A DNA stretch of 64,000 bases from Selaginella moellendorffii. Taxonomy: Eukaryota; Plantae; Lycopodiophyta. Numbering within the stretch: position 1 is the stretch's first letter; each line of letters starts with the position of its first letter. The notes below the pieces were generated by a model that saw only the letters and a list, made by a program, of their open reading frames with translations, searched no databases and had not been told where the DNA came from. The stretch is taken from contig NW_003314311.1 in assembly GCF_000143415.4 (NCBI RefSeq), positions 1,186,769 through 1,250,768 on the forward strand, given 5' to 3'. The position numbers and the translations under genes were made by a program. Shown piece by piece: positions 26,149 through 36,900 of this stretch.

Positions 26149-27645
26149 ATGGCGTTGCCGACGACGGTGCTCAATCCGTTACTACTCCCTTCTTTCTCAG
26201 CTGCTTTGCTAGAAGCTCTCAAGAGAACCGGCGAGGAGCGTGTCGCTGCGTTTCACTTCCCAGGCCACGGCCGCGGCTCCTCAGCGCCCTCTTCGATTTC
26301 CAAGCTTCTCGGAGCTCAACTCTTCCAGTTTGATCTCCCGGAGCTGCCAGGCCTGGATAACTTGCACTCGCCACAAGAAGCCATAGCCGAAGCGCAGCAA
26401 ATGGCCGCCGTGCTTTTCGGAGCTGCATGACATGGATCCCTGGAGTCTGATATTAGCGTCGCCTGGAGTGGAATTGAGCACTCTGATCTCTTCCTTTTCA
26501 TGCTGCCAAGGGTACTTATGGTTCTTGCTCTACGTGTGGAATTCAACCGGGGATCATGAGCTGCTGCAAGACCGAAGACGTTCTGATCCTCCCCGGGAAC
26601 GCCCACGTCTCGGCATTCTCAGCCATGGTTCTTGCTGGAGCAATGCCTCACTATGGTCTTCCTTGTTATGACGAGCTCTGGGATATTTCTCATGGTGTCT
26701 CCGCAGAGAGCATCGAGTTGGCCATTTTGGATCTGCAGAAAAGAAAAGAAGTGGGAATTGGAGCTGTTCTGATTGTCTCGCCAACTTACTATGGAGTGTG
26801 TAGCCCTGGAGGAGATCGCATAGGTGTATCACGAGCATGGTATCCCGATCATAGTTGACGAGGCTCATGGAGCGCACTTAATGTTCCACTCGAGGTTTCC
26901 TGCAACGGCACTCGAGCAGGGAGCCGACGTTGTTGTCCAATCCAAGGTACTCTCGTCTCTTATGCAGTCCGGGATGCTCCATCTTGCAAGAGGCTGCAAG
27001 ATTGTAAGGCACGAGAGAATTAGCAAGTGCCTTCAAACCTTGCAAAGCTCCAGTCCGAGTTACCTTCTCTTGGCCTCTCTCGATGCCGCAAGATGAATTG
27101 TGCAGCAAGCGACGACCATCCGTTGTTTGATACAGCTCTGGAGCTGGCTTCCACATCTCGGCGACGCCTGAAACAAATTCCACAAGTTTTAGTCCTTGAT
27201 AGAGAAAATGTGAGCTTGGCAGCCAAACCTGATACCATTTTTTATGAGCTTAGGATCACCATTGGGTTGTGGGAGCTCGGAGTCACAGGAACTCTTGCCG
27301 ATGACTTTCTGTGCGATAAATGCGAGATAGTGGCCGAGCTTCCTCTTCTGAACTCCATAACTTTTGCTATAGGAGCCAGCACTAGCAGCAGCGAGATTGA
27401 GAAACTTATCAAAGGCTTCAAGAGCTTTCGAGTTCTTCCAGATTGACAATAGGTCCTTATTCCAGACCCTGAGTGCCTGATTGTAATAAAATCAAATGGA
27501 AAGCACTAGTTAGTCCAAGAGATGCTTTGTTACAGAAACTTACTGCTGCAAAGCTGACGAAGCAGTGGGTCTAGCGAGTGCTGAGCTCGTGTGCCCGTAT
27601 CCACCTGGTATTTCTGTGCTCTTTCCTCGTGAAGTGACATCACAA
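26149..27645 (+). pseudogene. Orn/Lys/Arg decarboxylase pseudogene
   Basis: Paralog of 54491-56041 with an ~85-bp insertion, several frameshifts, a 6-bp deletion turning QSTHK into QSK, and a 3' deletion. Confidence 0.9.
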
Positions 27646-27705
27646 AGATCCAGCTGCAAAGAAAAAAACAAGAGTTTAGATAAATGCAAAGTCATAGAAA
27701 CTTCA

Positions 27706-29697
27706 TTACGTACCGATCACTTCAAGGTTTTCATTGTTTGAGCCTGAGTATATGTTTGCCATGAGAGCATAAGCTGTACCACCTTGATCGTCAACCTTTG
27801 ATAGCGCATCAAAGGCTACCTCTCCAATCACCGCATTTTTCCACTTGAAACAAGCCCCAAGCAATGCCATCCATATCCTGGAGCACACGTCTTCCACAGG
27901 CAGGTTTTGCACCATCGCAAGCGCATCCTCCAGCCGATTAGCACGTCCAAGTAGATCAACCATGGAGATTACGTGCTCCACACTCGGACTAAGTCCATAG
28001 TCCGAGCACATCGCGTGAAAGTATTCCATCCCCTTGTCGACCAAACCAGAGTGGCAGCAGACCGATAGAACTGAAGAGAATGTCACAGCGTCCGGCTTGG
28101 CAAACTCTTGCATTCTCTCGAACAGATCAAACACCGCGTCACTGTCCCCTTGACGGCTGTATCCCGCGATCAGTGCACTCCAAGACACTGCGTCCTTGTC
28201 TGGAAACCCATCAAACACTCGCCGAGATTCCACCATGTCACCACACTTGCCGTAGAAACTTACGAGCGAGTTTGCCACCGCCGGAGAGCTCTCGGCCCCA
28301 GCTTCTTCGATCAGACGATGGATTGCCTGTCCAGCCTGTAGTGCTCCAAGACCACCACAGGCCTTAAGTACCGATGCAAAAGTCTGCGAGTCCGGTTTCA
28401 GTCCTTGGAGTCCCATTTTCGAAAACTCCTGCAGGGCCAGCTCATGGTTTCCACTCTCGGTGTAGGCTTCGATCATGATGTTCCACGAAACCAAGTCTTT
28501 GATCACCATTTTGTCAAAAACTCGAGCCGCATCATCCAAACTTCCACACCAAGCGTAGAGACTCATCAAGTTGTTTGCAGCGTAAACATCTTCCAGCCCG
28601 TCGAGAAACCGGGAATGAAAAGCCAATGCCTTCTCCAGCGACGCCACTTTCAAGGGCCTTCCATCCACAAGCCGAGTCTCTTCCTTCTCGGCCATATCCA
28701 AGCATGCCTGGAGAACGGCCACCAAAGTTCTGGAGCTGACGACCACGTCTAACGCTTGCATGGCCGTGAATAACTCAAGAGCTCGCTCGGCCTCGCCACC
28801 TTTTGCATATCCCATGATCAAAACATTCCAGGAGACCGAATCCCGCTCTATCATCCCGTCGAAAACTCGCCGGCAATCCAGCAATCTCCCCCACTTTGCA
28901 TACATATCCATCAGACTGTTGGAGACGAAAACGCTGGACGAAATCCCTGTCCCTGTTCTTGCAAACTTCGAGTAAATCTCTCCGCCCCTGTCCAGCCATC
29001 CCAGATTCGTGCAAGCGTCGAGCACGGCCACCAGAGTCCGAGCATTCGCCTCCACTCCATCTTCCAAAAGCATAAGCTCAAAGAGCTCCAAGGCTAGCTC
29101 GTCTTCCCCTCCTTGCGAGCAAGCGCTGATCATGGCACTCCACAAAACCACGTCCTTTGTTCCCAACTTGGCAGCCTGGAAAATCTCTAGAGCTTCTCTC
29201 ACGGTGCCACACTTTCCATAGAAATCCACCAGGGCGCTGGCCACGAACCTGTCCACCAAGAATCCACCACTCTGGAGCTGGGAATGAAGAGCCAAGCCTC
29301 TCTTGAGGCTCCTGAGCTTGATGATCTTCCCCTGTAAATCTCTCACCCCCTTTTCTCTAGCGGCCAGCGAAGAACACGCCTGGAGAGCCGCGACGAAGCT
29401 CCGGCCGTTTGGATCCAACCCCTCGGCATGGAGCCGCCCAAAGAACTGGAGCGCGAGCTCCGGCTGGCCGCACCGCGCGTAGCCGCCGATGACGCAGTTC
29501 CACGACGCCGCGGTGCGCCGATCCATGGAATCGAAAATGCGGCGTGCCTCATCCATCCTGCCCCGTTTCGCAAATCCATCAATGATTGCGTTGATCAAGC
29601 CGATGTTCTTACCGGAGAGGAGATCGCGCTCGCGGCCGTCGCCGTCCAGCTGGATTGGAGCCATTTCTCGTAGCGCGACATTGATTTGCCCAATCAT
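27706..29697 (-). CDS. PLS-class PPR protein with E-type C-terminus, no DYW (663 aa)
   Basis: Repeating D.VSWN..I..Y and L..FYGKCG motifs; ends WMALLGAC...AYALMANIY. Confidence 0.92.
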   Translation of the reverse strand: MIGQINVALREMAPIQLDGDGRERDLLSGKNIGLINAIIDGFAKRGRMDEARRIFDSMDRRTAASWNCVIGGYARCGQPELALQFFGRLHAEGLDPNGRSFVAALQACSSLAAREKGVRDLQGKIIKLRSLKRGLALHSQLQSGGFLVDRFVASALVDFYGKCGTVREALEIFQAAKLGTKDVVLWSAMISACSQGGEDELALELFELMLLEDGVEANARTLVAVLDACTNLGWLDRGGEIYSKFARTGTGISSSVFVSNSLMDMYAKWGRLLDCRRVFDGMIERDSVSWNVLIMGYAKGGEAERALELFTAMQALDVVVSSRTLVAVLQACLDMAEKEETRLVDGRPLKVASLEKALAFHSRFLDGLEDVYAANNLMSLYAWCGSLDDAARVFDKMVIKDLVSWNIMIEAYTESGNHELALQEFSKMGLQGLKPDSQTFASVLKACGGLGALQAGQAIHRLIEEAGAESSPAVANSLVSFYGKCGDMVESRRVFDGFPDKDAVSWSALIAGYSRQGDSDAVFDLFERMQEFAKPDAVTFSSVLSVCCHSGLVDKGMEYFHAMCSDYGLSPSVEHVISMVDLLGRANRLEDALAMVQNLPVEDVCSRIWMALLGACFKWKNAVIGEVAFDALSKVDDQGGTAYALMANIYSGSNNENLEVIGT

Positions 29698-29989
29698 CTG
29701 ATTTTAGGGTTCTTGAGGTTTAGAGACGAAGAACAAATCCTGACCGTTAAAAATAATCGTAGTAAAATCTGGGCAGATGTGGTGGCGCTCTGGCGGCTAT
29801 CTGGCGGTGGAGGAGCGGCGCTGTGGAAAATTTTCATTCAGAGAACTTATATAACTCATGACCATTTTTGGGTTCGTTTTCTTTCTTTTACAGGAAAATA
29901 AAAATAGTAAGAACAATAGGAGGATAATGAAAAAAACTGTGCTTGCTCTATGCAAACTCACTGGATGCCGAGAGAGCGTTCTTGTGAGA

Positions 29990-30688
29990 TTTGATCAGGC
30001 CTCCCAAAACCTGGCCGTGTTTTCGATACGGTCCTGGATCTGCCAATCTACGATCCTTGCCTGGGTACATTTACAGACGAGCAGAGCGACGGGAATGAGC
30101 TACCAGTTGTTCTCCTCACTTCTTCATTCGCGAGAAAATCTCGAACAAAACTCTCCTGTCGATTTTCCTTCCTTGGCCGAGTGGTTTAATCCACCACCGA
30201 GCGAACTCCCCACACCCAGAGCGCCACTATCGTCCTTGGATCCCTCCACGCGGTGGTCGTCAAGTATTTTGGGAAGAGGAGCGCCGCCCCGATCCATCTA
30301 GATCCCGTCCTCTTACCTCTAAAATCGGGGAAGCGCTTCTGCCAAGGACGCGAGAATGCGGGTCGACCCGGGATTTAACAGAGTGCCATGGATGCCATAT
30401 GGTTCAAATAGATGGTATGATATATTGTTATTGGAACCCGGTTGCTGAGATAATGGCTACCAGGTAAGTGTAGAGGTAAACCGGTATAGAAGACCCGGGT
30501 TCGATGCCGAAGGGTCCAATCAACAGGGACTTTTATGCAAAAATCTTGCTCTTTAAGTAGCCCTTGTTCTGGTTCGCTAGCTCACTAAAAGAACTTAGAC
30601 CAGTCATTTAGGACATCGGTTTCCCAGAGCATGCGTTTCGGGTTCGATTCTTGCCAATGTTATCTGCAAGGCAAAGAATATTCGCATG
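29990..30688 (+). repeat. Local dispersed repeat, type A
   Basis: Matches 23560-24255. Confidence 0.85.
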
Positions 30689-30831
30689 TTAACATCAAAC
30701 CAAAAATGTTTATAATTCTTAAACTCAAATTAGGATTTAAGAAAACATCATTTAATATTATTTATTGTAAAATAATTAGAAATGAAAGTTAAAAGAGAGC
30801 TTTCACTTTATTCCCATCATTTTACCGCTCT

Positions 30832-31242
30832 CTATTCTATTTGGATTGTTCTTGGCTGTGGCTTGGGGATCTTTGGAATTGTGACAGTGAGGACACCGTG
30901 TTCTACTGTAGCTTTGATCGCCTCCACATTTGCACTCTCGGGCAGCCGGAATTTCCGCAAGAAGCTGCCGTGGCTGCGCTCCACGCGGTGCCACTTATCG
31001 CTCTTGTCAGACTCGTGCTTCTTCCTCTCGCCACTGATCTGGAGAGTGCGGCCGTCCTCCACGCTGATCTTCACTTCCTCTCTACTCACACCCGGGAGAT
31101 CGGCCTTGAAGATGTGTGCCTCGGGTGTCTCGAGCCAATCCACGCGAGTGTTGGCGACGGCGCTGCTGTTGTCACAAGAAAAGATGGACGAGATGTCCTC
31201 AAAGGGATCCAAGATGTTTGAACCGTAGAAATACAAAGCCAT
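30832..31242 (-). CDS. Cytosolic class I small heat shock protein (HSP20 family), 136 aa
   Basis: [54 protein letters not shown]. Confidence 0.95.
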   Translation of the reverse strand: MALYFYGSNILDPFEDISSIFSCDNSSAVANTRVDWLETPEAHIFKADLPGVSREEVKISVEDGRTLQISGERKKHESDKSDKWHRVERSHGSFLRKFRLPESANVEAIKATVEHGVLTVTIPKIPKPQPRTIQIE

Positions 31243-31317
31243 GTGGGCAAGAGATTTGCTGGGTGAATGCTAGAAACAAATAGACTTGATCAATGCTAGA
31301 TGTGAGCGATTGCTCCT

Positions 31318-31390
31318 CTTTTATACACTGGGATGACACCTCTAGGACACTCTAGAGTGTTCCCACATATTCTAGAGGACTCTAGCATAT
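31318..31390 (-). promoter_or_regulatory. TATA box and imperfect heat-shock elements of the sHSP gene
   Basis: TATAAAA at ~31325-31319; upstream GAAcaCTCtaGAGtgTCCtaGAG and CTCtaGAA modules with 5-bp periodicity. Confidence 0.65.
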
Positions 31391-31401
31391 CTATACCCTC
31401 A

Positions 31402-31910
31402 AACTCTAGTTAGCTCCATACTTGACCAAAAAAATCTTGGACATTTAAGTGAGGTGTATAATATACTTGGGGAAAAGTCCCCATGCAAAATCCCAATTTG
31501 AAATATTCTCGATAGAGGATCAAGAGTTAATATAATTGAGTTTGCAACCTGCAAAGCCCTGGGGTTTGGACCAATCCAGCTAGCTTCTTTCAAGAATTGC
31601 TCATCCCCTAGGAATTAAAAAACATATTGTGATTAATATTGAAAACCTTGTGGTGCTAAAAATGTTAAAACAAGAATCTTCTTATGAGTCCTTCAGGGAT
31701 AATCAAACGATCTAACAAATTCCCAAAGACAAAAGTTTATTAATGGTTCAAGTACATAGTGAGATCATAACTATCAAATAAGTGTAGGTTTGATGCCAAC
31801 AAGGACTTTTATGCAAAAATTTTGCTCAATAAGTTATTATTCACATAGCTTAGAGGCGTTTCCCAAAGCACACGTTTCAGGTTCGATTCTACTATGGACA
31901 AAAGTTAAAA
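31402..31910 (+). repeat. Local dispersed repeat, type B
   Basis: Aligns to 25495-26045. Confidence 0.8.
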
Positions 31911-32004
31911 AAATTTAAAACAAACTTGACCTTGGAGCAGCAACGGTTCCAATGTTTGACATTTTTGTGTCGCTGGATGAAAGGTCTTCGGTATAGACAG
32001 TCCG

Positions 32005-32600
32005 GTCCTGGATCTGCCAATCTACGATCCTTGCCTGGGTACATTTACAGACAAGCAGAGCGACGGGAATGAGCCACCAGTTGTTCTCCTCCCTGCTTCA
32101 TTCATAGAAACAGCGAATGAGCGTGAGAAAATCTCGAACAAAACTCTCTGAGAGATCTACTCTATTAATTTTTATTAATAATCCACAGTGTTCTTCGTTC
32201 GAGTGGTTTAATCCACCACCGAGTGAACTCCACACACCCAGAGCGCCACTATCGTCCTTGGATCCCACCACGTGGTGGTCGTCAAGTATTTTGGGAAGAG
32301 GAGCACCGCCCCGATCCATCTAGATCCCGTCCTCATACCTCTAAAATCGGGGAAGCGCTTCTGCCAAGGACGAAACACTGGCCTCGAGCAGCGCGAATGC
32401 GGGTGGATCTGTGATCTAACAAACTGCCATGGATGCCATATGGTTCACGTAGATGGTATGATATTTTATTATCAAAACCCAATTGCTGAGATGATGGCTA
32501 CCAGGTAAGTGCAAAGGTAAACCGGTGTACTCGACCCAGGTTCGATGCCGAGGGGTCAAGGACTTTTATGCAAAAATCTTACTCTTTAAGCAGCCTTTGT
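32005..32600 (+). repeat. Local dispersed repeat, type A (3'-truncated)
   Basis: Matches 23590-24140. Confidence 0.82.
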
Positions 32601-33428
32601 TTTAAACAAGGTCAAACAGGGAAATTCCAATTAATTTATTTTGGTAGCCGTCGGATTGGTTTCAATCCGGACCACTCGCTCTTATATATAAACTAGGGTT
32701 TTTGAGTTAATGAATATGTATATTTCTGTATTCCTTTTCTATATTCCATGCACTCACATTAGTGGAGGTGAGGGGTGTCCCTAAGAGTGCTTGGATTTGG
32801 GATTTCGGTTTAAATCTAGCTTTTGCATCATCTAGATCTAACTTTTTCCATTTCCTTTTTCTTGTTCTTTCCTTTTAGGATTTTGGTTTAGATCTAGCTT
32901 TTTGCATTGTCTAGATCTACCACTTCCTTCCAGCTTTTTGTCATTTCTTTTGCTCTTTCTTTTTTTCGTTCATCTTCATAGCCGATCAGCAATCTCCTCC
33001 TTTGACTTTAGAGTAGCAGTTGGTTCAATTGTTTGATGCTATGCGCTTGCAATTGAACAACCAAACTCAATTGATGGCGGCATTCACAGCATGTGGTCCA
33101 ACTCCTGCTCTCGGTGCCAATCCTCGCGTTCGGCTGAAGTTCTTTCGTGGGAATCCTGGGGATGATGTGTACCATTGGTTCGATCACTTCACGGTGATTG
33201 CTGTGAGACACAAAATCCCTAGGCCCCAAAGTGGAGCCGGAAGGGCACCATATGGTAGTGGCCGAAGCGAGAGCCAAACGAGCGTAACACGTTTGGACCA
33301 AAAGCTCCGACTTGAAAAGTCAAGAGCGGGAGTGGAACTCCCAACGAAGTGCTCGAGGAACGAGCACGAAGCGAGCAAAAGGCAAGGCTCCAAAAAGGGA
33401 CCCAAAAGGACCAACACATGACACATGG

Positions 33429-33841
33429 GAGTGTCCGAGATGGACTCGAGTTGGAGTCCGAAGTGGAGTCCGAGATGGACCCGAGTTGGAGTCCGAAGTG
33501 GAGTCCGAGATGGACCCGAGTTGGAGTCCGAAGTGGAGTCTGAGATGGACCTGAGATGGAGTCCGAGATGGAGTCCGAAGTGGAGTCCGAGGTGGACCCG
33601 AGATGGACCCGAGTTGGAGTCCGAAGTGGAGTCCGAGATGGAGTCCGAGATGGAGTCCGAGGTGGACCCGAGATGGACCTGAAATGGAGTCCGAGATGGA
33701 GTCCGAGATGGACCTGAGATGGAGTCCGAGATGGAGTCCGAGATGGACCCGAGATGGAGTCCGAGATGGACCCGAGATGGACCCGAGATGGAGTCCGAGA
33801 TGGAGTCCGAGATGGAAGTCCGAAGTCGAGACCGAGACCGG

Positions 33842-33873
<32 letters not shown>

Positions 33874-33980
33874 TCGGGACCGAGACCGAGACCGAGGCCG
33901 AGGCCGAGACCGAGCCCGAGCCCGAGTCCGAGTCCGAATCCGAGTCTGAGTCCGAGTCCAAGTCCGAGTCCGAGTCCGGA
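33429..33980 (+). repeat. Tandem array in LTR (GAGATGGAGTCC/GAGATGGACCC units, then CCGAGA and CCGAGT hexamers)
   Basis: Direct reading. Confidence 0.95.
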
Positions 33981-36900
33981 GCCTGAGAGGGTGAAAGCCC
34001 AAAGCGTTCGTCTCCCAGACCCTGGGGGGTTTGGTGAGCTCCAAAAGTATAGTAAGGGGGAGGACTGCAGTGGAGCCAGTTTGGCCAGGAAAGGCCAGTT
34101 TGGCCCAGGAAGGCCGGACCCAGTGTTGGGTGATGAGCTGCCCACTGGGAAGTCCAAGACTGGAGTGAACACAGACCGACAAACGGGGTAGCTTGGTGAA
34201 GTGTTCAAGAGCTGGCTCTAGTTCCCCCGGGAGATCGACTGGCCGATGCTCCCAGTCCAAGTGTGGGTGGCACTACCTACTTGGATACCTGGTGTGGCTC
34301 AACGGAACCCGCTCTAAGCCCATGGCTAGAGCACCCAAGGGCAGAAGGCGAGGAGAGTACCCAGGTGGCTCGCGTAAGGCCACGGTGTTCCGAAATGTTG
34401 TCCCAAAGGCCCAGACTGTGGAAAGGAAGAGGAGCAGTCCTCAGGGGTAGTGACCAAGGACACAGTCGTGTGGTGAGGAAGTCCCAGAGGACCGTGGGAC
34501 TTAGTGGTCGGGCCTGTGGGTCTCGATCCAGTGGCAGTGTTGGCAAACACGGCCAGGGGCAGAAAGGGACTTAGTGGGGACTGACAGAGGGATATTGGGG
34601 AAGGCTATTCCACTTGTCAGTGGGCATCCTAAGGATGCTAAGGAGTGGATCTGAGATGACCACTCACGGATGGTTTGCCTAGTCTTGGAGAGCCAAGACT
34701 GTGATGCAAGTGGTATTGGACTACCAGTGTGGCAAAGGTGACTGGGCATGGCCTTAGCGTAACGGGCTGCTATGTCGGTGGTACCTTTGAGTGTCGGTCA
34801 TGGGATCGGACACGTGGAGCACTTGGACCAAGTGCAAATGTTGAGTGGCATGGATGCCATTCTCGGGGCTAGCAAGTCCCAAGTCCTGGATTGGACTTAT
34901 GGAGGTTGTGAATGAGACTCCTCCAAGTGGTCAGAGGTGTGGTTAAGTGACTAAAGTAGAATGGAAAATTTAGTCGCTTACAATTTGGTATCGGAGCTGT
35001 TCCTTAGTCCGACTTTTATTGGTGCTCAAGTATATCACCATTGGTGTTGGCAACGGAAGGTCCGAGAAGTGGGCCTATCCTTGAGGAGTAGCAGGTCGGG
35101 AAGATATGGCTCTCCATTACAGTTCATGTGTGAACTTGTAGACAAGGTGGTGGATAGAAAAGGGCTAATAATGGAACGACTTTGGGATCTTGGGAACAGT
35201 ATATGGTTTTCCTCAAAGAGTTGAGGATGTGATCTAGATGAGCATTTGACTTAGCAAACTGGCTAATGTAGTTGTGGTAAACAACTACAGTTGGGATCAT
35301 AGGAAAGATAAAGACTCCAAAGCAATAAAGGAGTCACAAGATTTTCCTCATAAAGTTGAGGTTGGTGCTCATGAATGTGAGACCAGAAGTAATGACCGTG
35401 GGAGGTCAAATACGGAAGAGGACTTAAGTCCTTGAAAAGGTAGCCGGGGCTACCTCTAATAAATGTTGGAACAACCCAAGGAGTTGGGGGTGTATTAAGT
35501 GGATGAGTTGGTGTTCTCATTACATGGACAAGTAGTCCTAAGGGGCAAAGGTTGCCCCCAGAGAACAAAATCAAGTGTCGGAGTAACACTTGTGAAAATA
35601 GTCCTTTTGAGTAGGACAGGAATGCAAGAAGTGTATTCCAGTGAGCTAGTGCCTCACAAGTAGGACCTTACGGGTCTGTGGATTAACTAAGTCCAAAACT
35701 GCTGGATGACTCAAGTAGAGTCAAGGGATGGTCCTAAAAGGACTGATGGAAGCATTTGGACTGAGGTGTGTTGTACCCCACAAAGGATGGGGGGGGGATC
35801 ATAGGATCCAAGGATGAGAACAGAGGGTATCTCATCGATGGCAAAATGTGCCATGCTAAAGTCGTGGGAAAGGTGTTCCCAAAAAGAAAACAACTTTGAC
35901 ACAAAGTTGTGTGTGACCTCTATGGTGTAGTGCTAACGGATGGTTGGCATGAGAAAGAGTGGCATTGGTCTTGGCAAAGACTTAGACACAAAGAAGAAGT
36001 GTCATAGAGGTAGGCTCGTGGAGTCGATGGTGTGGACACACCAAATGTGCCAAGGTGTGATACCTTAAGGCTATGTTGGTGGGTTCATGAGAACCCCTTG
36101 CCAAAGGAATCCCAATGGAAATGGGAATGGCATAGCCTAAGCTGCAGAGCATGCAGTTGGAGTGCAGTGACCCAGATAAAGATGGAAGTGTGAAAGCACC
36201 AAGCAATGAGTTGTAGGACTTGACAACTATGAGGCAACTAAGCAAGAGGTGCAAAATAACTGGTTAAACGGGTAGAAGGTAGCTACCCAAGACTTCTAGC
36301 ATAGGGAAGTCGGATATACCCTTGCGGGGGATAAGTTGCTTATGTTGCGATATAGTAAGTTAATGTCATAAAAGGAAATACTCATTGTCAAGAAAGCCAT
36401 CATTGGGACACCTAAACACTCTAGAACACCAGAAGGTGGTGTTTGATGTCGCGAGGGCAATGGATAAAGCCCAAGGGACTAAGTCCCTAGCGAATGATAG
36501 ATAGAAGGTGCTATCCAAATGTCCAAGGTTGCGGAGACAGGAGAGGACTGTCTACTCAAGTTGGACAAAGCCAAAAATGGAATTTTGGCAAGGCTAGTGA
36601 TGGGCATGTAAAGGCCTATAAGTAATGATGTAATCCCAGTGTGTGGGATTATAAGGTGAGCATACCCGGATTGAGGAACCACTCCCTGGGCTATTGGGTA
36701 GGTTCATCCCTAAGAATACTTGCTAAGGCATGATAGAAAGTGCAAAGCTATCCTCCTGATCTGGAGGAGAATGACCGTAGGAAAGGTGTGAAGCCAAAGG
36801 CAAGTAGTATTGGGATGGAACTGAACCATAGAAATCGAAGGGCATAACCAAGGTTGGTTATGCCAGTTGGGAGTGGGGAATCAAGTGGGGGCTCGAGGGT

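Larger units (their letters stand above)
26070..30688 (+). repeat. Left arm of ~4.6 kb inverted duplication
   Basis: Reverse complement of ~51388-56111 (decarboxylase, PPR and repeat A). Confidence 0.92.

Noticed and set aside
28080-29701. Antisense and alternative-frame ORFs over PPR, decarboxylase and other genes
   Set aside because: Shadow ORFs of GC-rich coding sequence; their repetition only reflects the duplication.
33429-33980. CRISPR-like array
   Set aside because: Contiguous tandem units without unique spacers, no cas genes, eukaryotic context.
33184-34260. Long RS/RD/ES/GL-repeat ORFs (also 39016-40097) resembling SR proteins
   Set aside because: They are by-products of the stop-free tandem array inside the LTRs; open in several frames on both strands, with no domain.
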